A DNA stretch of 34,338 nucleotides from Candidatus Sungiibacteriota bacterium (GCA_016181565.1 JACOZA010000081.1:1-34338); one strand, 5' to 3'. Positions 13,728 through 21,641 are shown, counted from the stretch's first letter. The notes: a model not told the origin generated them from the sequence alone. Program-made: numbers and translations.

Positions 13728-16669
13728 GCTATAACCCGAAAGCTATCGAGGCGAAATGGCAGAAGCGCTGGCTCGAGACCAAGACTTACGAGCCGAAATT
13801 GAAGTCCGCTAAAAAGCCGGTTCGACAAGCTCACGCCAAACCTTTCTATAACTTAATGATGTTTCCCTATCCGTCAGCCGAAGGTCTGCATGTGGGGAAC
13901 GTTTATGCTTTCACCGGGTCGGATATTTACGGCCGGTTTCAGCGCATGCGGGGAAATGACGTCTTCGAGCCCATCGGGCTTGACGGCTTCGGCATCCACT
14001 CGGAAAACTATGCATTAAAAATCGGCAAACATCCTGCCAAACAAGCCAAAGTTTCCGAGAAGAATTTCTATCGCCAATTATCCCAAATCGGGAACGGCTT
14101 TGCCTGGCGCGAACACTTGGAGACATATGACCCCGATTACTACAAATGGACTCAATGGATTTTTGTCCAGATGTTTAAAAAGGGTCTCGCCTATCGCAAA
14201 AAAGCCAAAGTGAATTGGTGTCCCTCGTGCCTCACCGTGCTCGCCGATGAGCAAGTTATCCAAGGACGGTGCGAGCGTTGCGAGACAGAAGTGGTAAAGC
14301 GCGACCTGGAGCAATGGTTTTTCAAAATTACCGATTATGCGGAGCGGCTGCTCGAGAATTTAAAAACCATCGATTGGTCGCCAAAGGTGAAAATTGCCCA
14401 GGCGGCTTGGATCGGAAAATCGGAGGGAGCGGAGCTGGAGTTCCCAGTAGTGACAAGTGACAAGAGACAAGAGACAAGTATCAAGGTGTTTACCACGCGG
14501 CCCGATACTTTGTTCGGCGCGACCTATATGGTGCTGGCACCCGAGCACCCGTTAATTGAAAATTTAAAATTAAAAATTAAAAATTGGGAAGAGGTTGAGG
14601 ACTATATAAAAAAATCCGCAAAAAAGTCGGAAATTGAGAGGACGGCCGAAACCAAAGAAAAGACCGGAGTGGAGTTGGAGGGCGTTAAAGCCGTTAACCC
14701 CGCAAACCAAGAAGAAATCCCAGTTTTTATTGCCGATTACGTTCTCGCGAGCTACGGCACGGGAGCTATTATGGCCGTCCCGGCGCACGACCAGCGGGAT
14801 TTCGCATTCGCACAAAAATTTAATCTCTCTGTTTGGCGAGTAATTAGAAAGAAGGAAGCTCCAATTAAAAGTTATTTGATGGGTGCCAAGGACGTCTCTG
14901 ATAAAGAATTAGCGACTTTAGGCATATCGATTATCAAAAAAACATCAGATGGAGATCGGAAAATTATTGTTCCCAAAACAAAACTTTCTGAGTATGAAAA
15001 TTTAGTTTCAAAAAAAATGACTCCTGGTTTCTGGAATGAGTACATAGGAGAAGAAGCAGTCTTTATCTTCAAACATAAAGACGGGAGCCTTGAAAGGCTC
15101 ACCTTAACTCCGGAAACTGAAAAACGTATCGATAAACTCGCAGCGGATTTTGTCGGCGAAGGCTGGAGTAAGTCTAGCGTCTGGAAATGGCTTGCGGAAA
15201 ATGATTGGTATGCGGATCTAATTATTCATACTGATCCAGGATTTCTCGAGAATTCTGGAAAATTTGACGGTCTGGAATCAGAAGAAGCCAAATGGGAGAT
15301 CACGAAATTTGTCGGGGGTGAGAAAAAGACCCAGTATCGACTCCGTGACTGGCTCATCTCCCGTCAGCGCTACTGGGGCCCGCCCATACCGCTTGTTTTC
15401 TGCGAAAACTGCGCGGATAAGGTTAGGAATCAGGAATCCCGCCTTCGCCGAAGCTTCGGCGGGCAGGCAGGAATCAGGAATATATTTAATAAAGGTGAAT
15501 TGGAGAATCCGGGGTGGATTGCCGTGCCGGAAAAAGATTTGCCCGTGAAGTTGCCGTTTGTCAAAAATTTTCGGCCGACGGGGACTGGGCAGTCGCCGCT
15601 CGCCTCCGTCAAATCTTTTTACGAGACAAAGTGTCCCAAGTGCGGCAAGACTGCCCGGCGCGAGACGGACGTATCAGACACTTTTCTTGATTCGGCGTGG
15701 TACTACCTCCGCTACCCTAGCATCGGAATGAAAAATTCAAAAATAAAAATTAAAAATGACAACGGAAAATATAAAATTGTAGAAATTCCCTGGAGTAGCG
15801 AAGTTACAAAAAAATGGTTGCCCGTCGAGATGTATATCGGCGGCGCGGAGCATTCGGTATTGCACCTTCTCTATTCACGGTTTCTTACCATGGTCTTTCA
15901 CGATTGGGGGCTGTTGGATTTTGGAGAGCCGTTTACCACATTTCGGGCGCACGGCCTCGTCATCAAAGACGGCGCCAAAATGTCAAAATCCAAAGGCAAT
16001 ATCGTGAATCCCGATGACTACATCAAGGCCTATGGCGCCGATGCTCTGCGGCTCTATCTCATGTTCATGGGACCGTTTCAGGACGGCGGCGATTTTCGCG
16101 ATTCCGGCATTGCCGGTCTCACGCGCTTTTTAAACCGTGTCTGGAAATTCTTTTCAGAAAAGTCAAAAGTTAAAAATCAAAAGTTAAAAATTCAAGCCGA
16201 AAGTCAAAATTTGGAGCGGATACTGCACCGCACCGTCAAAAAAGTCACCGCGGATATTGAAAGCTTGCGCTATAACACGGCCATTTCGTCTCTGATGATG
16301 CTCTTGAATGAATTTGAAGCCGCACCCGACGCAGTTTCACTGGAGGGGCAAAAGATATTTCTTAAGCTCTTAGCTCCCTTCGCGCCGCATATGACGGAAG
16401 AGCTGTGGTCTCACTTAAAAGAGAAAGGATCAATCCATAAATCCGCGTGGCCGGTTTTTGATCCGAGGCTGATTCGAGAAGAGACATTTGAACTCGTGGT
16501 GCAGGTAAACGGTAAAATGCGCGGTAAGATTCTCCTGCCGCAGGGAGTTTCTCAAGCCGATGCAGAAAAAGCGGCCAAGACCGATCCGCGATTGCGATCA
16601 ATGCTCGGCGGGATCGCAACGAGGAAAGTCATCTTCGTTCCCGGTCGGTTGATCAACTTTGTCATATGA
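13724..16669 (+). CDS. leuS: Leucyl-tRNA synthetase with several lineage-specific insertions
   Basis: FPYPSAEGLHVGNVY (HIGH-type), TTRPDTLFGATYMVLAPEHP, HDQRDFAFAQKF, YRLRDWLISRQRYWGPPIP and GAKMSKSKGN (KMSKS), followed by a C-terminal domain. Confidence 0.95.
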   Translation: MRYNPKAIEAKWQKRWLETKTYEPKLKSAKKPVRQAHAKPFYNLMMFPYPSAEGLHVGNVYAFTGSDIYGRFQRMRGNDVFEPIGLDGFGIHSENYALKIGKHPAKQAKVSEKNFYRQLSQIGNGFAWREHLETYDPDYYKWTQWIFVQMFKKGLAYRKKAKVNWCPSCLTVLADEQVIQGRCERCETEVVKRDLEQWFFKITDYAERLLENLKTIDWSPKVKIAQAAWIGKSEGAELEFPVVTSDKRQETSIKVFTTRPDTLFGATYMVLAPEHPLIENLKLKIKNWEEVEDYIKKSAKKSEIERTAETKEKTGVELEGVKAVNPANQEEIPVFIADYVLASYGTGAIMAVPAHDQRDFAFAQKFNLSVWRVIRKKEAPIKSYLMGAKDVSDKELATLGISIIKKTSDGDRKIIVPKTKLSEYENLVSKKMTPGFWNEYIGEEAVFIFKHKDGSLERLTLTPETEKRIDKLAADFVGEGWSKSSVWKWLAENDWYADLIIHTDPGFLENSGKFDGLESEEAKWEITKFVGGEKKTQYRLRDWLISRQRYWGPPIPLVFCENCADKVRNQESRLRRSFGGQAGIRNIFNKGELENPGWIAVPEKDLPVKLPFVKNFRPTGTGQSPLASVKSFYETKCPKCGKTARRETDVSDTFLDSAWYYLRYPSIGMKNSKIKIKNDNGKYKIVEIPWSSEVTKKWLPVEMYIGGAEHSVLHLLYSRFLTMVFHDWGLLDFGEPFTTFRAHGLVIKDGAKMSKSKGNIVNPDDYIKAYGADALRLYLMFMGPFQDGGDFRDSGIAGLTRFLNRVWKFFSEKSKVKNQKLKIQAESQNLERILHRTVKKVTADIESLRYNTAISSLMMLLNEFEAAPDAVSLEGQKIFLKLLAPFAPHMTEELWSHLKEKGSIHKSAWPVFDPRLIREETFELVVQVNGKMRGKILLPQGVSQADAEKAAKTDPRLRSMLGGIATRKVIFVPGRLINFVI
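14447..14488. repeat. In-frame heptamer array (6 units, 42 nt) in leuS
   Basis: GTAGTGA CAAGTGA CAAGAGA CAAGAGA CAAGTAT CAAGGTG. It encodes VVTSDKRQETSIKV just before the conserved TTRPDT motif. Confidence 0.85.
14552..14586. repeat. In-frame A/T-rich heptamer array (5 units) in leuS
   Basis: TTAATTG AAAATTT AAAATTA AAAATTA AAAATTG, encoding LIENLKLKIKNW. Confidence 0.85.
15424..15481. repeat. Composite element in leuS: heptamer pair, 16-bp perfect palindrome, heptamer pair
   Basis: TAGGAAT CAGGAAT (15424-15437) and CAGGAAT CAGGAAT (15468-15481) flank CGCCGAAGCTTCGGCG (15447-15462). The element encodes RNQESRLRRSFGGQAGIRNI. Confidence 0.85.
15730..15778. repeat. In-frame A-rich heptamer array (7 units) in leuS
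   Basis: GAAAAAT TCAAAAA TAAAAAT TAAAAAT GACAACG GAAAATA TAAAATT, encoding MKNSKIKIKNDNGKYKI. Confidence 0.8.
16157..16212. repeat. In-frame A-rich heptamer array (8 units) in leuS
   Basis: GAAAAGT CAAAAGT TAAAAAT CAAAAGT TAAAAAT TCAAGCC GAAAGTC AAAATTT, encoding EKSKVKNQKLKIQAESQNL. Confidence 0.8.
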
Positions 16670-17313
16670 ATGTCATTCAGTTGAATGAAAAAACACACCA
16701 CGGCGTACTTTTTGAAGCCGTACGCGTGGTGAAAGCTGGCGGCGTTATTTGTTATCCCACGGATACGATCTACGGCCTCGGCGGGAATGCGCTTGAGGCA
16801 GGAGTCGCGCGGCGTATCAGGCGCATCAAAAAGCGCCCCGAAGAAAAAGGCATGATTATTTTGGTAAGAGATGTGACCATGGCGCGAATGTATGCTTATA
16901 TTGATCTCTGGACCGAAACACTCCTCGGAGATCTCTGGCCCGGGCCGATCACTGTGGTACTCCAGAAAAAAGACACGATGCCGGATATTGTCTCCGGCGG
17001 CAAGGAAACCATCGCGCTTCGCATGCCCCATTTCTTATTTGTGAACGAGCTTGCCAAGCAAATTGACTTTCCCCTGATTGCCACCTCCGCTAACGTCTCG
17101 GGAGACTCTAACCAGCCGCGCACACTCGCGTCATTTTTAGCGGCGATGCGGTCCGCCCGGTACAAACCCGATTTGGCGATTGATGCGGGAGAACTGCCCA
17201 ATCATGAGCCCTCGACAGTCCTCGATCTCACCAATCGCAAGAACCCGGTGATTCTGCGCCACGGCGTACTGTCAAAGTCAGACCTTGACCAGATGCTCGC
17301 CAAACATTTATGA
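16666..17313 (+). CDS. tsaC: L-threonylcarbamoyladenylate synthase (YrdC/Sua5-domain, TsaC type)
   Basis: VICYPTDTIYGLGGNA, IATSANVSG and PSTVLDL motifs. Length 215 aa with an ATGA overlap with the leuS stop. Confidence 0.85.
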   Translation: MNVIQLNEKTHHGVLFEAVRVVKAGGVICYPTDTIYGLGGNALEAGVARRIRRIKKRPEEKGMIILVRDVTMARMYAYIDLWTETLLGDLWPGPITVVLQKKDTMPDIVSGGKETIALRMPHFLFVNELAKQIDFPLIATSANVSGDSNQPRTLASFLAAMRSARYKPDLAIDAGELPNHEPSTVLDLTNRKNPVILRHGVLSKSDLDQMLAKHL

Positions 17314-17382
17314 GGGAGAGTATTTCAAAAAGATTCCAGATGCTCGCCAAACATTTATGAGGGAGAGTATTTCAAAAAGATT
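17289..17382. repeat. Exact 47-bp tandem duplication spanning the tsaC stop / glyA start junction
   Basis: CCAGATGCTCGCCAAACATTTATGAGGGAGAGTATTTCAAAAAGATT occurs at 17289-17335 and identically at 17336-17382. Confidence 0.95.
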
Positions 17383-18631
17383 GAAGAAAGCTGATCCGGC
17401 GGTTGCGAATATACTGGCACAAGAGATTTTGCGCCAAGAAGAAACGCTGGACCTCATCGCATCTGAAAATATTGCCTCTCCCGAAGTTCGTGAACTGGTT
17501 GGGTCGGTACTCGCGAACAAATATTCCGAAGGCTATCCCGGCCGGAGGTATTATCCGGGGAATGTGAATGTAGATGCGATTGAAACTTTGGCGCAAAATC
17601 GAGCACGCAAGGCATTTCATCTGAATCAGGCATGGCATGTGAATGTGCAGTCCTATTCCGGTTCTCCCGCTAACATCGCGGTCTTCCTTGGTTTGATGAA
17701 ACCGGGCGAGAAGCTGATGGGGATGGCCTTAGCCTCCGGCGGGCATCTGACGCACGGGCACAAAGTCAGCGCTTCGGGCATTTTGTTTCGCAGTGTCGCC
17801 TACGGCGTGGATCAGAAGACCGGTCTGATTGACTACAATGAAGTCGAGCGGATTGCCCAAAAAGAAAAACCGCGCTTGATTGTCTCGGGCCTGACCGCTT
17901 ATCCGCGTGCCATTGATTTTAAGAAGTTTGGCGCTATTGCCAAAAAAGTTGGCGCCTATCATGTGGCGGATATATCACATATTGCTGGGTTGATTGCGGC
18001 AGGGCTCCATCCATCGCCGTTTCCTTATGCCGATGTGGTGACAACCACGACGCACAAAATTCTGCGCGGGCCGCGTGGGGCAGTAATATTTACTAAGCAA
18101 CAAGCAATAAGCAATAAGCGACACGGAGCAAACATTTCCGACAAAATTGACCGGGCAGTTTTCCCCGGTCTTCAGGGCGGGCCGCATGATAATGTGACGG
18201 CGGCGATTGCCTACACCTTTGGTCGAGTTGCAACCCCAGCGTACAAAAAATACGCACGGTTGGTGCTGGAAAACGCCAAAGCCCTAGCTCAAGTTTTAAT
18301 TGAAGAGGGGTTTACGTTGGTGACCGGAGGAACGGCAAACCATATGATGCTTCTCGACTTGCGGCCGCTCGGCCTTAATGGGTTTGAGGCGGAAAAGCTT
18401 CTCGAGCGCACCGGAATTATTGCTAACCGTAACAGTATTCCGGGCGATGCTTCACCATTTCGCCCCTCGGGCATTCGCCTTGGTACGCCTGCCATCACGA
18501 CGCGGGGGTTGCGGCCGCGTCATATGCCGCAAATCGCCCAATGGTTTTCGCGCGTTTTGATCGGCGGCGAAAATCCGGAAAAAGTCGGCCGTGAAGTGAA
18601 AAAGTTTTTGACCAAATTACCTGTTAATTAA
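17357..18631 (+). CDS. glyA: Serine hydroxymethyltransferase
   Basis: LDLIASENIASPEV, NKYSEGYPGRRYY and TTTTHKILRGPRG (PLP lysine). Start chosen at ATG 17357 (MRESISKRLKKADP). The track ORF start at 17285 lies in the duplicated junction. Confidence 0.93.
   Translation: MRESISKRLKKADPAVANILAQEILRQEETLDLIASENIASPEVRELVGSVLANKYSEGYPGRRYYPGNVNVDAIETLAQNRARKAFHLNQAWHVNVQSYSGSPANIAVFLGLMKPGEKLMGMALASGGHLTHGHKVSASGILFRSVAYGVDQKTGLIDYNEVERIAQKEKPRLIVSGLTAYPRAIDFKKFGAIAKKVGAYHVADISHIAGLIAAGLHPSPFPYADVVTTTTHKILRGPRGAVIFTKQQAISNKRHGANISDKIDRAVFPGLQGGPHDNVTAAIAYTFGRVATPAYKKYARLVLENAKALAQVLIEEGFTLVTGGTANHMMLLDLRPLGLNGFEAEKLLERTGIIANRNSIPGDASPFRPSGIRLGTPAITTRGLRPRHMPQIAQWFSRVLIGGENPEKVGREVKKFLTKLPVN
18094..18121. 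repeat. In-frame heptamer array (4 units) in glyA
   Basis: TAAGCAA CAAGCAA TAAGCAA TAAGCGA, encoding KQQAISNKR in the variable loop after the PLP-lysine segment. Confidence 0.85.
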
Positions 18632-18634
18632 TTC

Positions 18635-19831
18635 ATGCAAAAAAAGCTCCGGGTCGGAATATTATTTGGTGGGAGGTCGGCCGAGCACGAGGTCTCGATT
18701 CAGTCTGCCAAAAATGTTTTAATAGCCCTTGACAAAGAAAAATACGAGCCAGTTTTGATCGCAATCGATAAATCTGGTGGTTGGCATTTAGCGGACCCAG
18801 AAGCTCTGATTTCTGCCCCGGATATTAAAAATTCGAACGCTGTTGAGGCTCCGAAAAATAATGGAGTTGTTTTGGCGCAAGGAAAGACCCGCGGCGGCCA
18901 ATTAGTAAGCGTGGCTGACAGCGCCCGGGTCGCAAGTCACGTGGATGTGGTTTTCCCTGTGCTTCATGGGCCCTTTGGTGAGGACGGAGCGGTTCAGGGT
19001 CTTTTTAAGCTGGCTGGCGTGCCATTCGTAGGTGCTGGGATTTTGGGCTCGGCTGTAGGAATGGATAAGGATGTTATGAAGCGGCTACTTCGCGATGCGG
19101 GAGTCCCAATCGCAAAGTTTCTAGCATTCTCCCGCACTGAAATTCCACAGATACGGTTTGAAGACGTTAAGTCTGAACTTGGTCTGCCGCTTTTTGTGAA
19201 GCCGGCTAATCTTGGTTCTTCAGTCGGTATCAACAAAGTTAGAAACGAAGAAGACTTTAATCACGCCGTTCAGGATGCATTCCAGTATGACAACAAGATC
19301 TTGATAGAGGAATATATTGAAGGTCGCGAGATAGAGTGTTCTGTTTTAGGTAGTGATTCGCCAATTGCGTCGCTTCCGGGAGAGATCGTGCCTAATCACG
19401 ATTTTTATACTTATCAGGCGAAGTATCTGGATGAAAATGGGGCAACTCTCGAAGTCCCCGCTAAAATCTCGCAAAAAACAATAACTGAAATTCAAAAGCT
19501 GTCGGTTCGAGCTTTTAAGGTTTTGTGCCTTGAAGGGATGGCGCGAATTGACTTCTTTTTAAAACCCAGCGGCGAAGTTATTTTCAACGAGGCGAACACC
19601 ATTCCGGGCTTCACCAAAATCAGCATGTATCCTAAACTATGGGGAGTCAGAAATGAAACTAAAAACCTCATACCAGCCATTTGTGCCGAAATATCTTGTT
19701 CCAAACGTACCATTTTACAGCCAGCACTGGGATTTAGCGCGCTGGCAGGAGCTCGGCTTCCAAAGTTATCAAGACGCGGAGTACTGGGAGCGATCAAGTT
19801 GCGGGGCACTCTGCCTGAAAATGGCTATTGA
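18635..19831 (+). CDS. ddl: D-alanine--D-alanine ligase; the last ~63 codons overlap the next gene in another frame
   Basis: GILFGGRSAEHEVSIQSA, FPVLHGPFGEDGAVQGL, KPANLGSSVGI and NEANTIPGFTKISMYPKLW. Recognisable Ddl sequence stops at about nt 19642. The frame then runs on to 19831. Confidence 0.88.
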   Translation: MQKKLRVGILFGGRSAEHEVSIQSAKNVLIALDKEKYEPVLIAIDKSGGWHLADPEALISAPDIKNSNAVEAPKNNGVVLAQGKTRGGQLVSVADSARVASHVDVVFPVLHGPFGEDGAVQGLFKLAGVPFVGAGILGSAVGMDKDVMKRLLRDAGVPIAKFLAFSRTEIPQIRFEDVKSELGLPLFVKPANLGSSVGINKVRNEEDFNHAVQDAFQYDNKILIEEYIEGREIECSVLGSDSPIASLPGEIVPNHDFYTYQAKYLDENGATLEVPAKISQKTITEIQKLSVRAFKVLCLEGMARIDFFLKPSGEVIFNEANTIPGFTKISMYPKLWGVRNETKNLIPAICAEISCSKRTILQPALGFSALAGARLPKLSRRGVLGAIKLRGTLPENGY

Positions 19832-20285
19832 TGCCGGGCGAGTGAAAAATGCCGAGCCACCGTCTCCCGAGATTATTGACTATATCAAAACGGGTCAAGA
19901 AATCGGTGCTTATACGGATTCCCAAGGCTGGAGTCATCAAGGACTCGTGAACCTTGCGCGAGAGTTCGGCGCAACGGCTTCGGCCAGGTCTTATGTCAAC
20001 GAGGAGGAGCTAAAAAATTTGCTGGTTCGCGGCGTCTTGCCCATCGTTTCCATAAAATGGGGATTTCGTGCTGATAAAGCGTGGCGTGAGCGGATATTCT
20101 TTTGGAAAAAGCTTGGCGGGCACTTGGCGGTTGTTGTGGGATTTGAAGAAGAGCGCGGCATCCGCGGATTTTACGTGCATCATACTTCCAAAAAGGCAGA
20201 AAGAAATTGGGAGCATCGCTTTATTCCGATTCATCAATTTCGCGATAGTTACACCGGGCGCTGTATCGCGGTAGAAACTAAATAA
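19653..20285 (+). CDS. Peptidase C39-like (C39_2 type) cysteine peptidase domain protein
   Basis: VPFYSQHWD...SSCGALCLKMA gives the candidate catalytic Cys and GGHLAVVVGFEE the candidate His, followed by VHH. The layout matches papain-like C39_2 domains. GGGGAG lies 7-8 nt upstream of the ATG. Confidence 0.65.
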   Translation: MKLKTSYQPFVPKYLVPNVPFYSQHWDLARWQELGFQSYQDAEYWERSSCGALCLKMAIDAGRVKNAEPPSPEIIDYIKTGQEIGAYTDSQGWSHQGLVNLAREFGATASARSYVNEEELKNLLVRGVLPIVSIKWGFRADKAWRERIFFWKKLGGHLAVVVGFEEERGIRGFYVHHTSKKAERNWEHRFIPIHQFRDSYTGRCIAVETK

Positions 20286-20289
20286 ACCA

Positions 20290-21102
20290 ATGAATCTTTT
20301 TGACGGGAAACAGTTAGCAGGTCAGGTGCTTAAAGAGGCGCGGGAGTTGATGGGGGCGAAAAAACTCTCATTGGGGATTGTGGTGGCGGGAGATGACCCG
20401 GCGACGCGCGCTTTTGTTGCGCAAAAAGAAAAACGCGGCGCCGAGCTTGGCGTGGACGTGCGCGTATATGAGGAGTCGGTCAGTCAAACATCACGAAAAC
20501 TCCGGCGGCGCATCGCCGAGCTTGTGAAGAAAACAAAGCACGATGGATGGGTCGTGCAGTTGCCCCTCCCAGAAGGGATGAATACGCAGTATGTTCTGAA
20601 TGCGATTCCCGAAGTGAAAGATGTGGATGTCTTGAATCAAAAATCGGTCGGGGCGTTTGTCGCGGGGCGCGCTAAAGTATTGCCGCCGGTTGTTGGAGCC
20701 GTTAAGACACTTTTAGAGAGTCAAAATATCTCACTTGCGAACAAAAAAATTGTGCTTGTCGGCACCGGCCGGCTTGTGGGACGGCCGGTGGCTTTATGGC
20801 TGATTTCGCAAGATTTGCCGTTTAGCTCACTTACGTTTCAGTCACCTAATCTTTCGATATTAAAGGAAGCGGATATTATTATCAGTGGGGCGGGCCAACC
20901 CGGACTTATTCACGGCGAGATAGTCAAAGACGGAGCTGTCGTGATTGATGCTGGAACTTCGGAGCTTTCGGAAAAGCTCGTCGGAGATGTCGATCAAGCA
21001 AGCTTTGAATCTAAAGATGGATGGCTTTCGCCGGTTCCTGGGGGAGTAGGACCGTTGACGGTGGCATATATCTTTAAGAATCTTGCCGTGCTGGCTTTAT
21101 GA
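20290..21102 (+). CDS. folD: Bifunctional methylenetetrahydrofolate dehydrogenase/cyclohydrolase
   Basis: FDGKQLA N-terminus, VQLPLP, VLVGTGRLVGRPVA and PGGVGPLTVAYIFKN. Confidence 0.9.
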   Translation: MNLFDGKQLAGQVLKEARELMGAKKLSLGIVVAGDDPATRAFVAQKEKRGAELGVDVRVYEESVSQTSRKLRRRIAELVKKTKHDGWVVQLPLPEGMNTQYVLNAIPEVKDVDVLNQKSVGAFVAGRAKVLPPVVGAVKTLLESQNISLANKKIVLVGTGRLVGRPVALWLISQDLPFSSLTFQSPNLSILKEADIIISGAGQPGLIHGEIVKDGAVVIDAGTSELSEKLVGDVDQASFESKDGWLSPVPGGVGPLTVAYIFKNLAVLAL

Positions 21103-21635
21103 CCGAGCTCAATCAAGCAGTCTTTCATTGGTTAAACGGCTTGGCTGGGGTCAATCACTACTTTGATCTTGGGGTAATTTTCGCCGCGCGTTATTTGGCG
21201 TACATTGCGGCGCTGGTGCCGCTCGTTATTTTTTGGGAGACAGAGCAAAGACACAAAGAGGCAGTCAAAAAAGTCGCAGCCGCCTATGCCGCGGCTTTGA
21301 TTGTTCGTTTTGGCGTCGTAGAACTTATTCGGCTATGGGTCGTTTCGCCGCGACCCTTTATGCTGCTGGGCGAGGCAGTTCGTCTTATCCCGCATGAATC
21401 CAGCTCGTCCTTTCCTTCCGGGCATGCGGCTTTTTTCTTTTCACTGGCGGCCAGTTTCTGGTTTTATCACAGAAAATCGGCATATGTTCTGGCCCTGGCC
21501 GCACTTTTGATTGGCGTTGCCAGAGTCATGGCCGGAGTCCACTGGCCCAGCGATATTTTGGGCGGAGCCGTAGTCGGTATTGTTTTCGGGGCCGCGATCG
21601 AACTTCTCTTAAGAAAATTCTTCTTATACTTATAA
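21099..21635 (+). CDS. PAP2-family membrane phosphatase (BcrC/undecaprenyl-diphosphatase-like)
   Basis: SFPSGHAAFFFS and RVMAGVHWPSDILGGAVVG motifs with multiple TM helices. ATGA overlap with folD. Confidence 0.8.
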   Translation: MTELNQAVFHWLNGLAGVNHYFDLGVIFAARYLAYIAALVPLVIFWETEQRHKEAVKKVAAAYAAALIVRFGVVELIRLWVVSPRPFMLLGEAVRLIPHESSSSFPSGHAAFFFSLAASFWFYHRKSAYVLALAALLIGVARVMAGVHWPSDILGGAVVGIVFGAAIELLLRKFFLYL

Positions 21636-21641
21636 TCTAAC

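Noticed and set aside
14846-15229. Intein in LeuRS
   Set aside because: There is no N-terminal Cys/Ser splice junction, no block B TxxH, no terminal HN followed by Cys/Ser/Thr and no homing-endonuclease motifs.
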